Under the pieces are notes generated by a model. The model saw nothing but the letters and a program-made list of their open reading frames with translations. It searched no databases and was not told the origin of the DNA. This document shows, one piece after another, positions 53,043-64,000 of a stretch of 64,000 nucleotides of DNA. How positions within the stretch are numbered: the first letter of the stretch is position 1; each line of letters begins with the position of its first letter. A program made the translations under genes and the position numbers. Source of the stretch: Thermodesulfobacteriota bacterium (GTDB taxonomy: Bacteria > Desulfobacterota > Desulfarculia > JACQYL01); NCBI GenBank assembly GCA_963675595.2, contig CAXXLZ010000002.1, positions 512,001 through 576,000 of the forward strand, written 5' to 3'.

Positions 53043-53155
53043 GGATGGCTCCGCTTTTGGTGATTACTTTTTAATATTCTGTATTATGTTATGTTTCTTT
53101 CGGGGGTGTTTGCAACCGGTTCGGGGAGCGTCGGATGCACGGAATCCATCACGGC

Positions 53156-53385
53156 GGGGCGGTTCGCGAACCGCCCCTACGGAGGGAATGATATCGCGAT
53201 GGGGGCAATGACCAAACACCCCCATGGATCGAACGTCTATCGTTGAACCCTGAATACGCGCGTCGGGGTGAAAAAATTCCATGTAGGGATAGGCCACAGT
53301 GCCTACCCGAATGCACGGCCGCAGGCCGACCTGGTTGTTTCTGCGAGGCGTAGCCGTGGCGGAGCGGTTCGCGAACCGCCCCTAC
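53156..53385 (-). repeat. GTAG-headed REP-like palindromes
   Basis: GTAGGGGCGGTTCGCGAACCGC(C/T)CC at 53156-53180 and 53361-53385 (minus strand). Confidence 0.8.
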
Positions 53386-53713
53386 AATGCCTCCATATCC
53401 GGGCCCGGGGGAAAACCGTCGTCCACTGGGAATCGACCTAAGGGTCGGCAACGCCGGCCCCGTTCCGGAATGTCGCCGGCGGGAGAACACCCCGGAACAC
53501 TATCTTTTTTTAGGAAGATGGTTATAATCCTCCATCACCTCGCTTCGGAGATTGGGCGGGTAGCGGGAGCACATGCGATCCGTCACGAAAATGCGCCTTG
53601 CCAACGCGACGATTCTCGAGTATCCATTCCAATCCCTGATTGAAGACTACCGCTCAAACCGTCGAAGGACGCCGACGGCGGGCGAAGAAATTTAGAAAAA
53701 TCCCGAGGACCCT

Positions 53714-55504
53714 ATGGAACTTAGAAAAGACCTGAGAAACATCGCCATCATCGCCCACGTGGATCACGGCAAGACCACCCTGGTGGACGCCATGCTCTGG
53801 CAAAGCGGGATTTTCCGCGACAATGAAAAAATCATGGAACGAGTGATGGACAACCTGGACCTGGAACGGGAAAAGGGCATCACCATTATGGCCAAGAACA
53901 CGGCGGTGATTTACCGGAATACCAAGATCAACATCGTGGATACTCCGGGACACGCCGACTTCGGCGGGGAAGTGGAGCGAGCGTTGAGCATGGTGGACGG
54001 GGTGATGCTGCTGGTGGACGCCACCGAGGGACCCCTGCCCCAGACCCGGTTCGTGCTGGGCAAGTCCTTGTCCCGCAACCTTCCCGTGGTGGTGGTCATC
54101 AACAAGATCGACCGGCCCGACCGTCGCATCGATTCCGTGCTGGACGAAATCTACGATCTGTTCATCGATCTGGGCGCCGCCGAGGAGCAACTGGAATTTC
54201 CGGTGCTGTACACCAACGCTCGAGCGGGCATCGCTCTCCTCGACCCGGAGGACGAAGGCAAGGACCTGCAACCGCTTTTCGACACCATCCTGAAGCATGT
54301 ACCACCGCCCGCCTTCAATCCGGACCTCCCCTTGCAGTTCCTGGTGGCCAACCTGGCCTATTCGGACTACGTGGGGCGCATCGCCGTGGGGAAGATCGTC
54401 AACGGCGTTTTGCGACAGGGAGATCAGGTCGCCCTCATCAAGAAGGGCGAAGTCAAAGGCAAGGTGACGCTGAGCCAAGTCTACTCCTACGACGGACTCG
54501 AGCGGGTCTATACGCAGGAGGTGCGCGCCGGAGACATCGCCGCCGTGGCCGGAGCGGAAGAGGCCTTCATCGGGGACACCCTCGCCGACCTCGAGAATCC
54601 CAAAGCCCTTCCCGCCATCAGCGTCGAAGAACCCACCATGTCCATGGAGTTTTCCGTCAACACCTCTCCCCTGGCCGGTAAGGAAGGAAGGTTGCTGACT
54701 TCCAGGCAAATCAAGGAGCGCCTGGAAAAGGAAACTCTGTACAACGTGGCCATCCGGGTGCAGCAGGGAGAAAACCGGGACAGCTTCATCGTGGGCGCCA
54801 GAGGGGAACTCCAGCTGGCCGTGCTTGTGGAAACCATGCGCAGGGAGGGCTTCGAGCTCGCCATCTCCCGGCCCAAAATCATCTCTCGGGAAGTCAACGG
54901 AGAGAAGTTCGAGCCTTTGGAGTTGGCCGTGGTGGATGTCCCCGAAGAATACATGGGCGTGGTCACGGAAAAACTGTCCTCACGCCGCGGGCGCCTGATG
55001 AAAATGGTGAATCACGGCTCCGGCCGCGTGCGCCTCGAATTCGAAATCCCCACCCGCGGTCTTATCGGATATCGGTCCCAGTTCCTCACGGATACGCGGG
55101 GAACGGGCGTACTCACCACCCTAATCGTGGGTCAAACGCCTTACGGAGGGGAAATCGCCGCCCGCCCCAACGGGGTGTTGGTTTCAGACCGGACCGGCAA
55201 GGCCGTGGCCTTCGCGGTGTTCCACCTGCAGCCCAGGGGCACGATTTTCGTGGAACCCGGAGACCCGGCCTATGAAGGCATGATCGTGGGCGAGAACTCC
55301 CGCTCCAACGATATCTGGGTGAACATCACCAAGGAGAAGAAGCTCACCAACCTCCGCGCGTCCGGGGCGGACGAAGCTCTCCGCTTGATTCCTCCGCGTC
55401 GGTTCACCCTTGAACAGGCCATGGAATACATCAACAACGACGAACTGGTGGAAATCACTCCCAAGTCCATCCGACTCAGAAAGAAAGCGCTGAAGAAGCC
55501 CTGA
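53714..55504 (+). CDS. typA: Translational GTPase TypA/BipA
   Basis: [58 protein letters not shown]. Confidence 0.97.
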   Translation: MELRKDLRNIAIIAHVDHGKTTLVDAMLWQSGIFRDNEKIMERVMDNLDLEREKGITIMAKNTAVIYRNTKINIVDTPGHADFGGEVERALSMVDGVMLLVDATEGPLPQTRFVLGKSLSRNLPVVVVINKIDRPDRRIDSVLDEIYDLFIDLGAAEEQLEFPVLYTNARAGIALLDPEDEGKDLQPLFDTILKHVPPPAFNPDLPLQFLVANLAYSDYVGRIAVGKIVNGVLRQGDQVALIKKGEVKGKVTLSQVYSYDGLERVYTQEVRAGDIAAVAGAEEAFIGDTLADLENPKALPAISVEEPTMSMEFSVNTSPLAGKEGRLLTSRQIKERLEKETLYNVAIRVQQGENRDSFIVGARGELQLAVLVETMRREGFELAISRPKIISREVNGEKFEPLELAVVDVPEEYMGVVTEKLSSRRGRLMKMVNHGSGRVRLEFEIPTRGLIGYRSQFLTDTRGTGVLTTLIVGQTPYGGEIAARPNGVLVSDRTGKAVAFAVFHLQPRGTIFVEPGDPAYEGMIVGENSRSNDIWVNITKEKKLTNLRASGADEALRLIPPRRFTLEQAMEYINNDELVEITPKSIRLRKKALKKP

Positions 55505-55626
55505 CGGCTCCGCTTCGAAACCGGGGGGCGGGCAAGCCGGTCCCCTGGTGATGACTCCGTGGGTCCGTATGATATTGCGGCGAGGACGAAGCGGGAAAGA
55601 AGAAGCCCGCGCGACCGGATATGGGG

Positions 55627-56613
55627 TCAGAAATCGGGATAAAGCTTCTTACGGCATTCGGGACAAATGCCGTGGGAAAAACTGGCCTCGGACCGCTCCA
55701 ACAAGTATTCCTCGAAGTCCTCCCAATCGCCCTTATCGTTGCGGATGCGCTTGCAGGAGCAACAGATGGGCAGGAGTCCCCTGAGCCGCTTGACGCGGTT
55801 CAGCGCCTCTTGGAGTTCGGCCACGAGCGCTTCCCGCTCCCGCTCCTTCTTCTTGGCCTCAGTGACGTCCAGAAGCGTTCCCAATAGGCGGGAAGGTCTT
55901 TCGTTCGAGTTGCGAACGACATGTCCTCTGGAGGATAACCAGCGGTAGCCGCCGTCTTTGTTCCGGACCCGGTACTCCGACTCGTAAGCGGGTGAGAGCC
56001 CTTCCACATGGGCGAGAATCTCGTTCAGCACCCGATCCGTGTCCTCCGGGTGCACCCACTGAAGCCATTCATCGAGCCTCTTCACGGCGTCTTCGGAGTC
56101 ATATCCCAGATACGCGAACAAATTGGCGTCCAGGTGAATCTCCTCGGTCCGCAGGTTCCATTCCCATACCCAGACGTTGGCCGCCTGAACGGCCAAGGCG
56201 TATCTGCGCTCGCTCTCCCGAAGTTTCCGTTCCATCTCCTTGCGGTGCATGGCCACTTCTATGGCCGTTTTAATCTGGGCCGACTGGAACGGCTTGAGAA
56301 TATAAGCCAAAGGTTGCACGGCCTTGGCCCGCTCAAGAAAGGCTTCATCATCAAAAGCGGTGACGAAGATCACCGGGATTTCCGACTCCTTGGTGATCAC
56401 TTCGGCTGCTTGAATGCCGTCCATGGACCCCGGCATGACGATGTCCATAAGGATCAGGTCGGGCACCAGCCTCCGCGCCATGGACACCGCTTCCACGCCC
56501 GAAGAAGCGATGCCGACGACCTCGTATCCCAGGTGTCGCAACCGCTCCTCAAGCTGCATGGCGATGATGAACTCATCTTCGGCGATGAGCAGATGAAAAG
56601 GGCTTTCGCTCAA
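55627..56613 (-). CDS. Response regulator REC-PAS with C-terminal Cys/His-rich domain
   Basis: IAEDE, LMDIVMP, KPF, PAS_3-like VHPED, PICCSCKRIRN...FSHGICPEC. Confidence 0.88.
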   Translation of the reverse strand: MSESPFHLLIAEDEFIIAMQLEERLRHLGYEVVGIASSGVEAVSMARRLVPDLILMDIVMPGSMDGIQAAEVITKESEIPVIFVTAFDDEAFLERAKAVQPLAYILKPFQSAQIKTAIEVAMHRKEMERKLRESERRYALAVQAANVWVWEWNLRTEEIHLDANLFAYLGYDSEDAVKRLDEWLQWVHPEDTDRVLNEILAHVEGLSPAYESEYRVRNKDGGYRWLSSRGHVVRNSNERPSRLLGTLLDVTEAKKKEREREALVAELQEALNRVKRLRGLLPICCSCKRIRNDKGDWEDFEEYLLERSEASFSHGICPECRKKLYPDF

Positions 56614-56968
56614 ATGACTCTCCGTTTCTCCAAGTGAAACAATCGTCGGGAGGGACCGTGTTTGGAGACATTCGGCAGGGATAGGCGTTGTGTACGATCA
56701 CGGGCGAGGATCGAACCGTGCTTCCCTGAAAAAACTTAAAGTTGGAGTTCATTTTAGAGCTTTTATGCGGTAACGTAAATAGGGTAATTCATGATATTCT
56801 ATGCACGAAATCATGATTCTAACGCTGAAATCACCTGATATGACGTAATGCCTAGTATATTGTAATGCACCGGATCGGTCAACCGGAACCCACCCGGAAA
56901 GATCCGTGCCCCCATTCGGAGACGGAAAACGCTTCTCACGACCAATGCCGCTGTGTAAGGAGTACGAA

Positions 56969-57481
56969 ATGGAACGGATAACCTACGCGCGCTACGGGTT
57001 GCTGATGGAAGGCGAATCCCTGGAGATTCAAACAGCGGGTGACGGATACTGCGAACCCGGCTACTTCATGGGAACTCTTTTCGAAGGTCGACAAGATCGA
57101 CCGCTCCCCATCGGAGTGGTTCACTACCCCGTGGCCCTCACGGAGCCTCCGAAATATCGAGTTCGCTGCGAGCTTTGTCGGTATCTGGTTCAAGACGCCG
57201 ACGCCTTTTGGCAGAGATTGTATCAATCGGAAATGATCTATCCTCACCTTTCGCCCGAGTTCTCTCTCATGCAGGTAAGACACACCACGGTCTTCACCTT
57301 GGACGGTGCGGCCACGGCGGCCCCGTTGTTCGTGCTGAATCCGTTGTTCTACCTGTTCTGGAGAGAGCGTTACGACATGCGTCTAACGGAAATCGCCCCG
57401 GACGCCGAGGGCTTCGTCGGCTGGCGAGCCGTGCCCCCCTGGAAGCCGGACGAAGACATCGCGCCGGTCGAGCGATGCTGA
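56969..57481 (+). CDS. Hypothetical protein
   Basis: TAAGGAG RBS before ATG 56969; protein-like composition; one CELC. Confidence 0.6.
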   Translation: MERITYARYGLLMEGESLEIQTAGDGYCEPGYFMGTLFEGRQDRPLPIGVVHYPVALTEPPKYRVRCELCRYLVQDADAFWQRLYQSEMIYPHLSPEFSLMQVRHTTVFTLDGAATAAPLFVLNPLFYLFWRERYDMRLTEIAPDAEGFVGWRAVPPWKPDEDIAPVERC

Positions 57482-57572
57482 GGAAAGCGAAACGGAACGG
57501 TTTGCAGTACCTGACGGCAAAGGTTGAGAGTCGGGGAACCCGCGACAAACGGATTCCCCTGAAAAAGCATTC

Positions 57573-59012
<1,440 letters not shown>

Positions 59013-59365
59013 CTATACCACAGCGGAAGCCGGTTTGCCATGCGGGAATCCCGTCCTCTTCCTTTCCACCTCGATTTTCAGCAAAAGGAAGGGAACCGCA
59101 TCCACGACCTGCCGCGCCAAAATTCCGGACCGCTCGTAAACGAAACAAGATTTCACATGGTCTTCTCTTGATCCGGGAGTAATTTTAGTAGAAAGTAGGT
59201 AGTGAAAGGATCTACATAATTCTGAGGACAGCCCTCCTCGACCCTGCGGATCCCAATCAAAGCCGACCTCCGTATCTCCCATGGAAGTACCTGGATTCGG
59301 GCGACACCCGTGAGGTGCGAAAAACCGACGGAACTCGAACGCGCCGGCTGTTGGAGTATTTTCCC

Positions 59366-62300
59366 ATGACGAACCGTGACAATCCCCAAGAACGCGAGCA
59401 TCCCGCCATGGATGCGCCCCGTGAAACCCGCGATGGTCGGGCGCGGCCGCCCGCATCGGACGCCCCCGCCCCGCCCCTTGATGCTTCGGACGTCTACGAA
59501 CGCATCGTACAGACCATGAATTCCATTGTTCTCCTGAGGGATTTCGAGGGGAAAATTCTTTTCATGAACCGAGCCGGACAGGAGTTTTTCGGTTTCCGGG
59601 AAGATGAAATCGTCGGAGCGAACGTAGTGGGCACCATTGTGCCGGAGCGTTCCCTGAACGGCAAGGACCTGTCCGCCATGATTCGGGACATCGGAAGGAA
59701 TCCCGACGACTTCATTTATAATGAAAACGAGAACATGCGCCGGAACGGAGAACGTGTCTGGATGTCTTGGGCCAACCGCCTCTTCCTCGACGAACAGGGC
59801 CGACCCGTGGGAATCCTCGCAGTGGGCAGAGATCTTTCCAATCGGAAACGCATGGAGGAAACCCTTCGTGCGAGCGAAGCGCGTTACCGGACGTTGGCGG
59901 AAAACATCCCCAACGGTGTCGCGGCTTTGCTCGACCGTGATCTGAAAATCGTCTTGGCCGACGGCAGAGCCGTGGAGCAAGTGGGACTCACACAAAAGGA
60001 CTTCATCGGAAAGACTCCCACGGAAGTCTTTCCTAAAGAAATAATCGATCCCGTTCTGCCTTTGCTCAAGGTCGCTTTGGAGGGAATCCCCGTCACGTTT
60101 CAGGCGAATTACGCCGGACGGAATTTTGAACTGAGCGCGGCCCCCATCGTCGACTCCTCCGGAGAAATCAGCCGGTGTATGGTCCTTGGACTGGACGTGT
60201 CCAGACAGGTAGAAGTGGAGCGGGCTTATAGGGAATCGAAGCAAATGGTAACGGATATTCTCGAGAGCACCACTGAATCCTTCGTCTCCCTGGACGAAGA
60301 TCTCACGGTGACCTACATCAACCGAGCGGCGGAAGAAGTTCTGGGATGGAACCGTCGACAGGTGGTCGGCCGGAAATTCGACGAAATCATCCCCGAAGCT
60401 CGTGGAGGAATCCTGGAAGAGAAATTCCGGGAAGTCCTGGCTCGCAGGCAACCCGTCGCTTTCGAAAGATTTTTCGACCGGGAACCCTATCGAAACTGGT
60501 ACGACATTCATTTGTACCCCGAACCCAGGGGCGTCTTGGCTTTCTTCCAGGTCACCACCCAACGAAGGGAAGCGGAGGAGCGGCTCCGCGCCAATGAGGA
60601 ACGATTTCGCCAATTGGCCGAAAACATCCGTCAGGTGTTCTGGTTGACCAGGCTGGATTCGAATGAATTCCTCTACGTGTCGCCCGTCTTCAAAGAGGTC
60701 TGGGGGCGTGATCCCGAAACCATGTATCAAAATCCGTCCGTTTGGTTGGATGCCGTGTATCCCGAGGACGTGAAAGAAGTAAAAAGATACCTTCGAGCAC
60801 TATCTCGAAATGAAGAAGCCGAGACCCAATACCGCATCGTGCGTCCCGACAAATCCATTCGATGGATACAGAATCGGGGATTTCCGGTCAGGGACTCTTC
60901 CGGCCAACCCTACCGTCTGGCCGGAATCGCGGAAGACATCACGCACCGTAAGCGGGTGGAACGAGAGTTGAGAGAAAGCGAATCCCGTTACCGCAGTCTC
61001 GTGGAAGACAGTTTCGACGGCATTTTCGTTCAAAAAGGGTCTCGCATCGTTTTTGTGAATCAGCGACTGATGGAAATGCTCGGCTATGACGAAGAAGAAC
61101 TTCTGTGCTTGGAGCACTGGCAAATCTACCATCCCGATTTCCGGGACTTGACCCGCAAGCGGGCCTCGGCGCGAATGATGGGTGAGCAGGTGCCGACCCG
61201 CTACGAGGTGCGATGCCTCCGCAAAGACGGAAACTCATTTTTCGCCGAAGTGAGCGCCCGGGCCATCACCCTGGACGCGGAGCCGGGAATACAGGTCTGG
61301 ATTCACGACATCAGCGAACGCAAACTGGCCGAAGCCACCCAAAACCGATTGGAGGCCGAACTCCGCCAATCTCAGAAGATGGAAGCCATCGGCACGCTGG
61401 CCGGAGGAATCGCCCATGAATTCAACAATATTCTGGCTGCCATTCTGGGATACACCGAACTGGCTTTCTTCGGCCTTCCCGAAGACCACCCGTCTCGAAC
61501 ACACCTCGAACGAGTCGTCTCCTCCAGCCACCGGGCCAAAGACATCATTCAGCAGATTCTGAGTTTCAGCAGACGGAACGATCAGGATAAAAAACCGCTT
61601 CGCATCGGGCACGTAGTGCAGGAAGCCATGAATCTGGTCCGGGCCACGCTGCCTTCAAATATCGAGATTCGCGAGAAAACGGCCTTCCTTCCGGGGACCG
61701 TCCTGGCCAATCCCACACAGATTCACCAGATCATTTTCAACTTGTGTTCCAACGCGGCTCACGCCATGCGCGATCGGGGCGGAATGCTTGAAGTCCGGCT
61801 TTCCGAGAAGCGACTGGACGGTGTCCCGCCCGCAAGCCCCATGGGCGTACCTCCGGGCAGATACGTAGAATTGGAGGTGAGGGATAGTGGAGAGGGAATG
61901 AGTCGCGAGGTCCTGGAAAGAATCTTTGAGCCCTTCTTCACCACCAAGAGCCCCGGAGAAGGAACCGGCATGGGGCTTTCCGTGGTCCACGGCATCGTCC
62001 AGAGCCACAGGGGTTCCATCGATGTCTCAAGCAAACCGGGGCAAGGGTCTTCATTCCGCGTCCTTTTGCCCGTCCTCGACGATCAGATGGCCGGGGAAAC
62101 GCCCTGTGCGAGATTTCGAACGCCGGGGGGCAGTGAACGGATATTGTTTGTGGACGATGACAAAGACATCGCCGACCTTGGACGAAATATGCTTTCCATC
62201 CTGGGTTACCATGTCACCACGGCCGCATCCGGCAGCGAAGCGCTGCAAATTTTTCGAGACCGACAGCGGAAGTTCGATCTGATCATTACGGACCAGAGCA

Positions 62301-62491
62301 TGCCGGGAATTACCGGACTGGAGCTGGCGGAGGCGGTTTGCCTGATTCAACGAACCACGCCCGTGATCCTGTGTTCCGGCTCGGCCGAGATTCCCCCTTG
62401 CGGAGACAACATCCGGGAATTTCTCGTCAAGCCCATCACCATGACGCAACTCGCTCTGATCGTCAGGAAAGTGCTGGATTCGCAGGACTGA
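59366..62491 (+). CDS. Cytoplasmic multi-PAS hybrid histidine kinase (CckA-like, 5 PAS + REC)
   Basis: QKMEAIGTLAGGIAHEFNN, NLCSNAAHAM, FEPFFTTK, GTGMGL, C-terminal receiver. Confidence 0.92.
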   Translation: MTNRDNPQEREHPAMDAPRETRDGRARPPASDAPAPPLDASDVYERIVQTMNSIVLLRDFEGKILFMNRAGQEFFGFREDEIVGANVVGTIVPERSLNGKDLSAMIRDIGRNPDDFIYNENENMRRNGERVWMSWANRLFLDEQGRPVGILAVGRDLSNRKRMEETLRASEARYRTLAENIPNGVAALLDRDLKIVLADGRAVEQVGLTQKDFIGKTPTEVFPKEIIDPVLPLLKVALEGIPVTFQANYAGRNFELSAAPIVDSSGEISRCMVLGLDVSRQVEVERAYRESKQMVTDILESTTESFVSLDEDLTVTYINRAAEEVLGWNRRQVVGRKFDEIIPEARGGILEEKFREVLARRQPVAFERFFDREPYRNWYDIHLYPEPRGVLAFFQVTTQRREAEERLRANEERFRQLAENIRQVFWLTRLDSNEFLYVSPVFKEVWGRDPETMYQNPSVWLDAVYPEDVKEVKRYLRALSRNEEAETQYRIVRPDKSIRWIQNRGFPVRDSSGQPYRLAGIAEDITHRKRVERELRESESRYRSLVEDSFDGIFVQKGSRIVFVNQRLMEMLGYDEEELLCLEHWQIYHPDFRDLTRKRASARMMGEQVPTRYEVRCLRKDGNSFFAEVSARAITLDAEPGIQVWIHDISERKLAEATQNRLEAELRQSQKMEAIGTLAGGIAHEFNNILAAILGYTELAFFGLPEDHPSRTHLERVVSSSHRAKDIIQQILSFSRRNDQDKKPLRIGHVVQEAMNLVRATLPSNIEIREKTAFLPGTVLANPTQIHQIIFNLCSNAAHAMRDRGGMLEVRLSEKRLDGVPPASPMGVPPGRYVELEVRDSGEGMSREVLERIFEPFFTTKSPGEGTGMGLSVVHGIVQSHRGSIDVSSKPGQGSSFRVLLPVLDDQMAGETPCARFRTPGGSERILFVDDDKDIADLGRNMLSILGYHVTTAASGSEALQIFRDRQRKFDLIITDQSMPGITGLELAEAVCLIQRTTPVILCSGSAEIPPCGDNIREFLVKPITMTQLALIVRKVLDSQD

Positions 62492-62499
62492 AAAAGTTT

Positions 62500-62527
62500 G
62501 TGGAACCCGCGTCAAAGCGGGTTCCAC
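62500..62527. terminator. Hairpin between convergent genes
   Basis: GTGGAACCCGC-GTCAAA-GCGGGTTCCAC with an A run on the left. Confidence 0.65.
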
Positions 62528-62537
62528 CTCCGGCCTT

Positions 62538-62738
62538 TCAATCTTGATCGACCGTTTTACCTTCCCGGGACTTCTCCTTCATCAGCTCATTGATCACGCA
62601 TTCCGTCCTGAACTTGCAGTAAAGATGAGGGTCCAGGCATTCGGGATTGTTCTCGACACACTCCCCGCATAGGCCAGAGTTATGTTTTCGGCAGGGAAGA
62701 AAGGCTTCCCTGTCCGGGTGATTCCTGCATGCGGGCAC
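62538..62738 (-). CDS. Small Cys/His-rich protein (B-box-like)
   Basis: CRNH...CRKH...CGEC...C..CKFRTEC; GTG immediately after the upstream stop. Confidence 0.7.
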   Translation of the reverse strand: MPACRNHPDREAFLPCRKHNSGLCGECVENNPECLDPHLYCKFRTECVINELMKEKSREGKTVDQD

Positions 62739-64000
62739 TTACATCCCCCTTCGGTATTGGCCGCCCACTTCGTTCAGGGCATGTGAGATTTGCCCCATGG
62801 AGCAGACGCGCACGGTTTCCATGAGTTCCGCGAAGATGTTTCCCCCGGAAAGCGCCGTCTTCTTCAGACGCTCAAGGGCCTCCGGCGCCTCGTCGGCATG
62901 TTCTTCGTGAAACCGCCGAAGCCGCTCCAACTGACCCTGCTTCTCTTCTTCTGTGGCGCGGGTGAGTTCCACCAGGCAGAACTCCTCTTCTTCTTCCATG
63001 TCGTGGGGGTTCAGGAAAGTGTTCACCCCGACGATGGGCAGTTCGCCGGAATGCTTGCGAGCCTCGTATACCAGAGACTCTTCCTGAATCCGGCTTCTCT
63101 GGTAACCGGTCTCCATGGCCCCCATGGCTCCTCCCCGCTCGGTGAGCCGATCGAACTCCTCAAGAACCGCCTCTTCGACCAGGCGCGTCAGTTCCTCCAC
63201 GATGAAGCTGCCCTGATAGGGATTCTCGTTCTTGGCCAGTCCCCACTCCCGGTTGATGATGAGCTGGATGGCCAGAGCGCGGCGCACCGATTCTTCCGAC
63301 GGGGTGGTGATCGCCTCGTCATAAGCATTGGTATGGAGGGAATTGCAGTTGTCGTAGATGGCACAAAGCGCCTGCAGGGTCGTTCGAATGTCGTTGAAGT
63401 TCACTTCCACGGAGTGCAGGGAACGACCCGAGGTTTGGATGTGATATTTGAGCATCTGGGAACGCTCCGCCCCTCCGTACAAGTTCTTCATGGCGATGGC
63501 CCAGATTCTCCGGGCCACGCGTCCGATGACCGTGTATTCCGGGTCCATGCCGTTGGAGAAGAAAAAGGAGAGGTTGGGAGCGAATGCATCGATATTCATG
63601 CCCCGGCTCAGGTAGTATTCCACGTAGGTGAAGCCGTTGGCCAAAGTGAAGGCTAGTTGCGAGATGGGATTCGCGCCGGCTTCGGCGATATGGTACCCCG
63701 AAATGGAGACCGAATAGTAGTTTCGTACCTGATTGTCGATAAAGAACTGCTGCACGTCTCCCATCATGCGCAAAGCGAACTCAATGGAGAAGATGCAGGT
63801 GTTCTGGCCCTGGTCTTCTTTGAGGACGTCCGCCTGAATCGTGCCCCGAATGTTCCTCAACACATCCGCCCTGATCTTTGCGCGCTCTTCGTCACTCGGC
63901 CCTCGACCGTTTTCTTCATGGAATTTTTCCATCTGTCGATCTATGGCCGTATTGAAGAACATGGCCAGCATGATGGGCGCCGGTCCGTTGATGGTCATGG
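62739..64000 (-). CDS. icmF: Acyl-CoA mutase, C-terminal part of IcmF-type fused isobutyryl-CoA mutase (cut by window edge)
   Basis: [64 protein letters not shown] end. Confidence 0.85.
   Translation of the reverse strand, partial: MTINGPAPIMLAMFFNTAIDRQMEKFHEENGRGPSDEERAKIRADVLRNIRGTIQADVLKEDQGQNTCIFSIEFALRMMGDVQQFFIDNQVRNYYSVSISGYHIAEAGANPISQLAFTLANGFTYVEYYLSRGMNIDAFAPNLSFFFSNGMDPEYTVIGRVARRIWAIAMKNLYGGAERSQMLKYHIQTSGRSLHSVEVNFNDIRTTLQALCAIYDNCNSLHTNAYDEAITTPSEESVRRALAIQLIINREWGLAKNENPYQGSFIVEELTRLVEEAVLEEFDRLTERGGAMGAMETGYQRSRIQEESLVYEARKHSGELPIVGVNTFLNPHDMEEEEEFCLVELTRATEEEKQGQLERLRRFHEEHADEAPEALERLKKTALSGGNIFAELMETVRVCSMGQISHALNEVGGQYRRGM

Overview
GC-rich bacterial chromosome segment; gene content and order suggest an anaerobic Desulfobacterota/deltaproteobacterial organism (inference). 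1-17 kb is housekeeping: hisA(3' end)-rpsU-yqeY-mutS2-dnaG-rpoD-tRNA(CAT)-Nif3-Zn ribbon-rnpB-ispD-ispF-gltX-cysS-uvrB. 17-53 kb is accessory. It holds an MNT-HEPN toxin-antitoxin pair whose toxin is split by a repeat element that itself contains an IS4, a DUF362/DUF2889 pair with an AraC regulator, two lipoproteins, a hybrid kinase/response regulator pair, and two double-cubane-cluster-like reductases flanking one ATP-dependent activator. It also holds a 1119-aa Venus-flytrap-like multipass membrane protein, a second identical IS4, a secreted metallophosphoesterase, an AT-rich lipoprotein gene with a collagen-like repeat split by an IS701, and a patatin remnant split by two nested IS1634-family elements. 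The window ends with typA, signalling proteins, eno and the 3' part of an IcmF/methylmalonyl-CoA-mutase-family gene. At least three families of dispersed palindromic/MITE-like repeats occur between genes. Most notable: the flytrap + ~8TM receptor-like protein, an IS whose insertion rebuilds the terminal repeat of its host IS, a hairpin-targeting IS4 with a likely +1 frameshift extension, and several genes that can be reassembled in frame by removing insertions. All family assignments are by eye from motifs; no searches were run.
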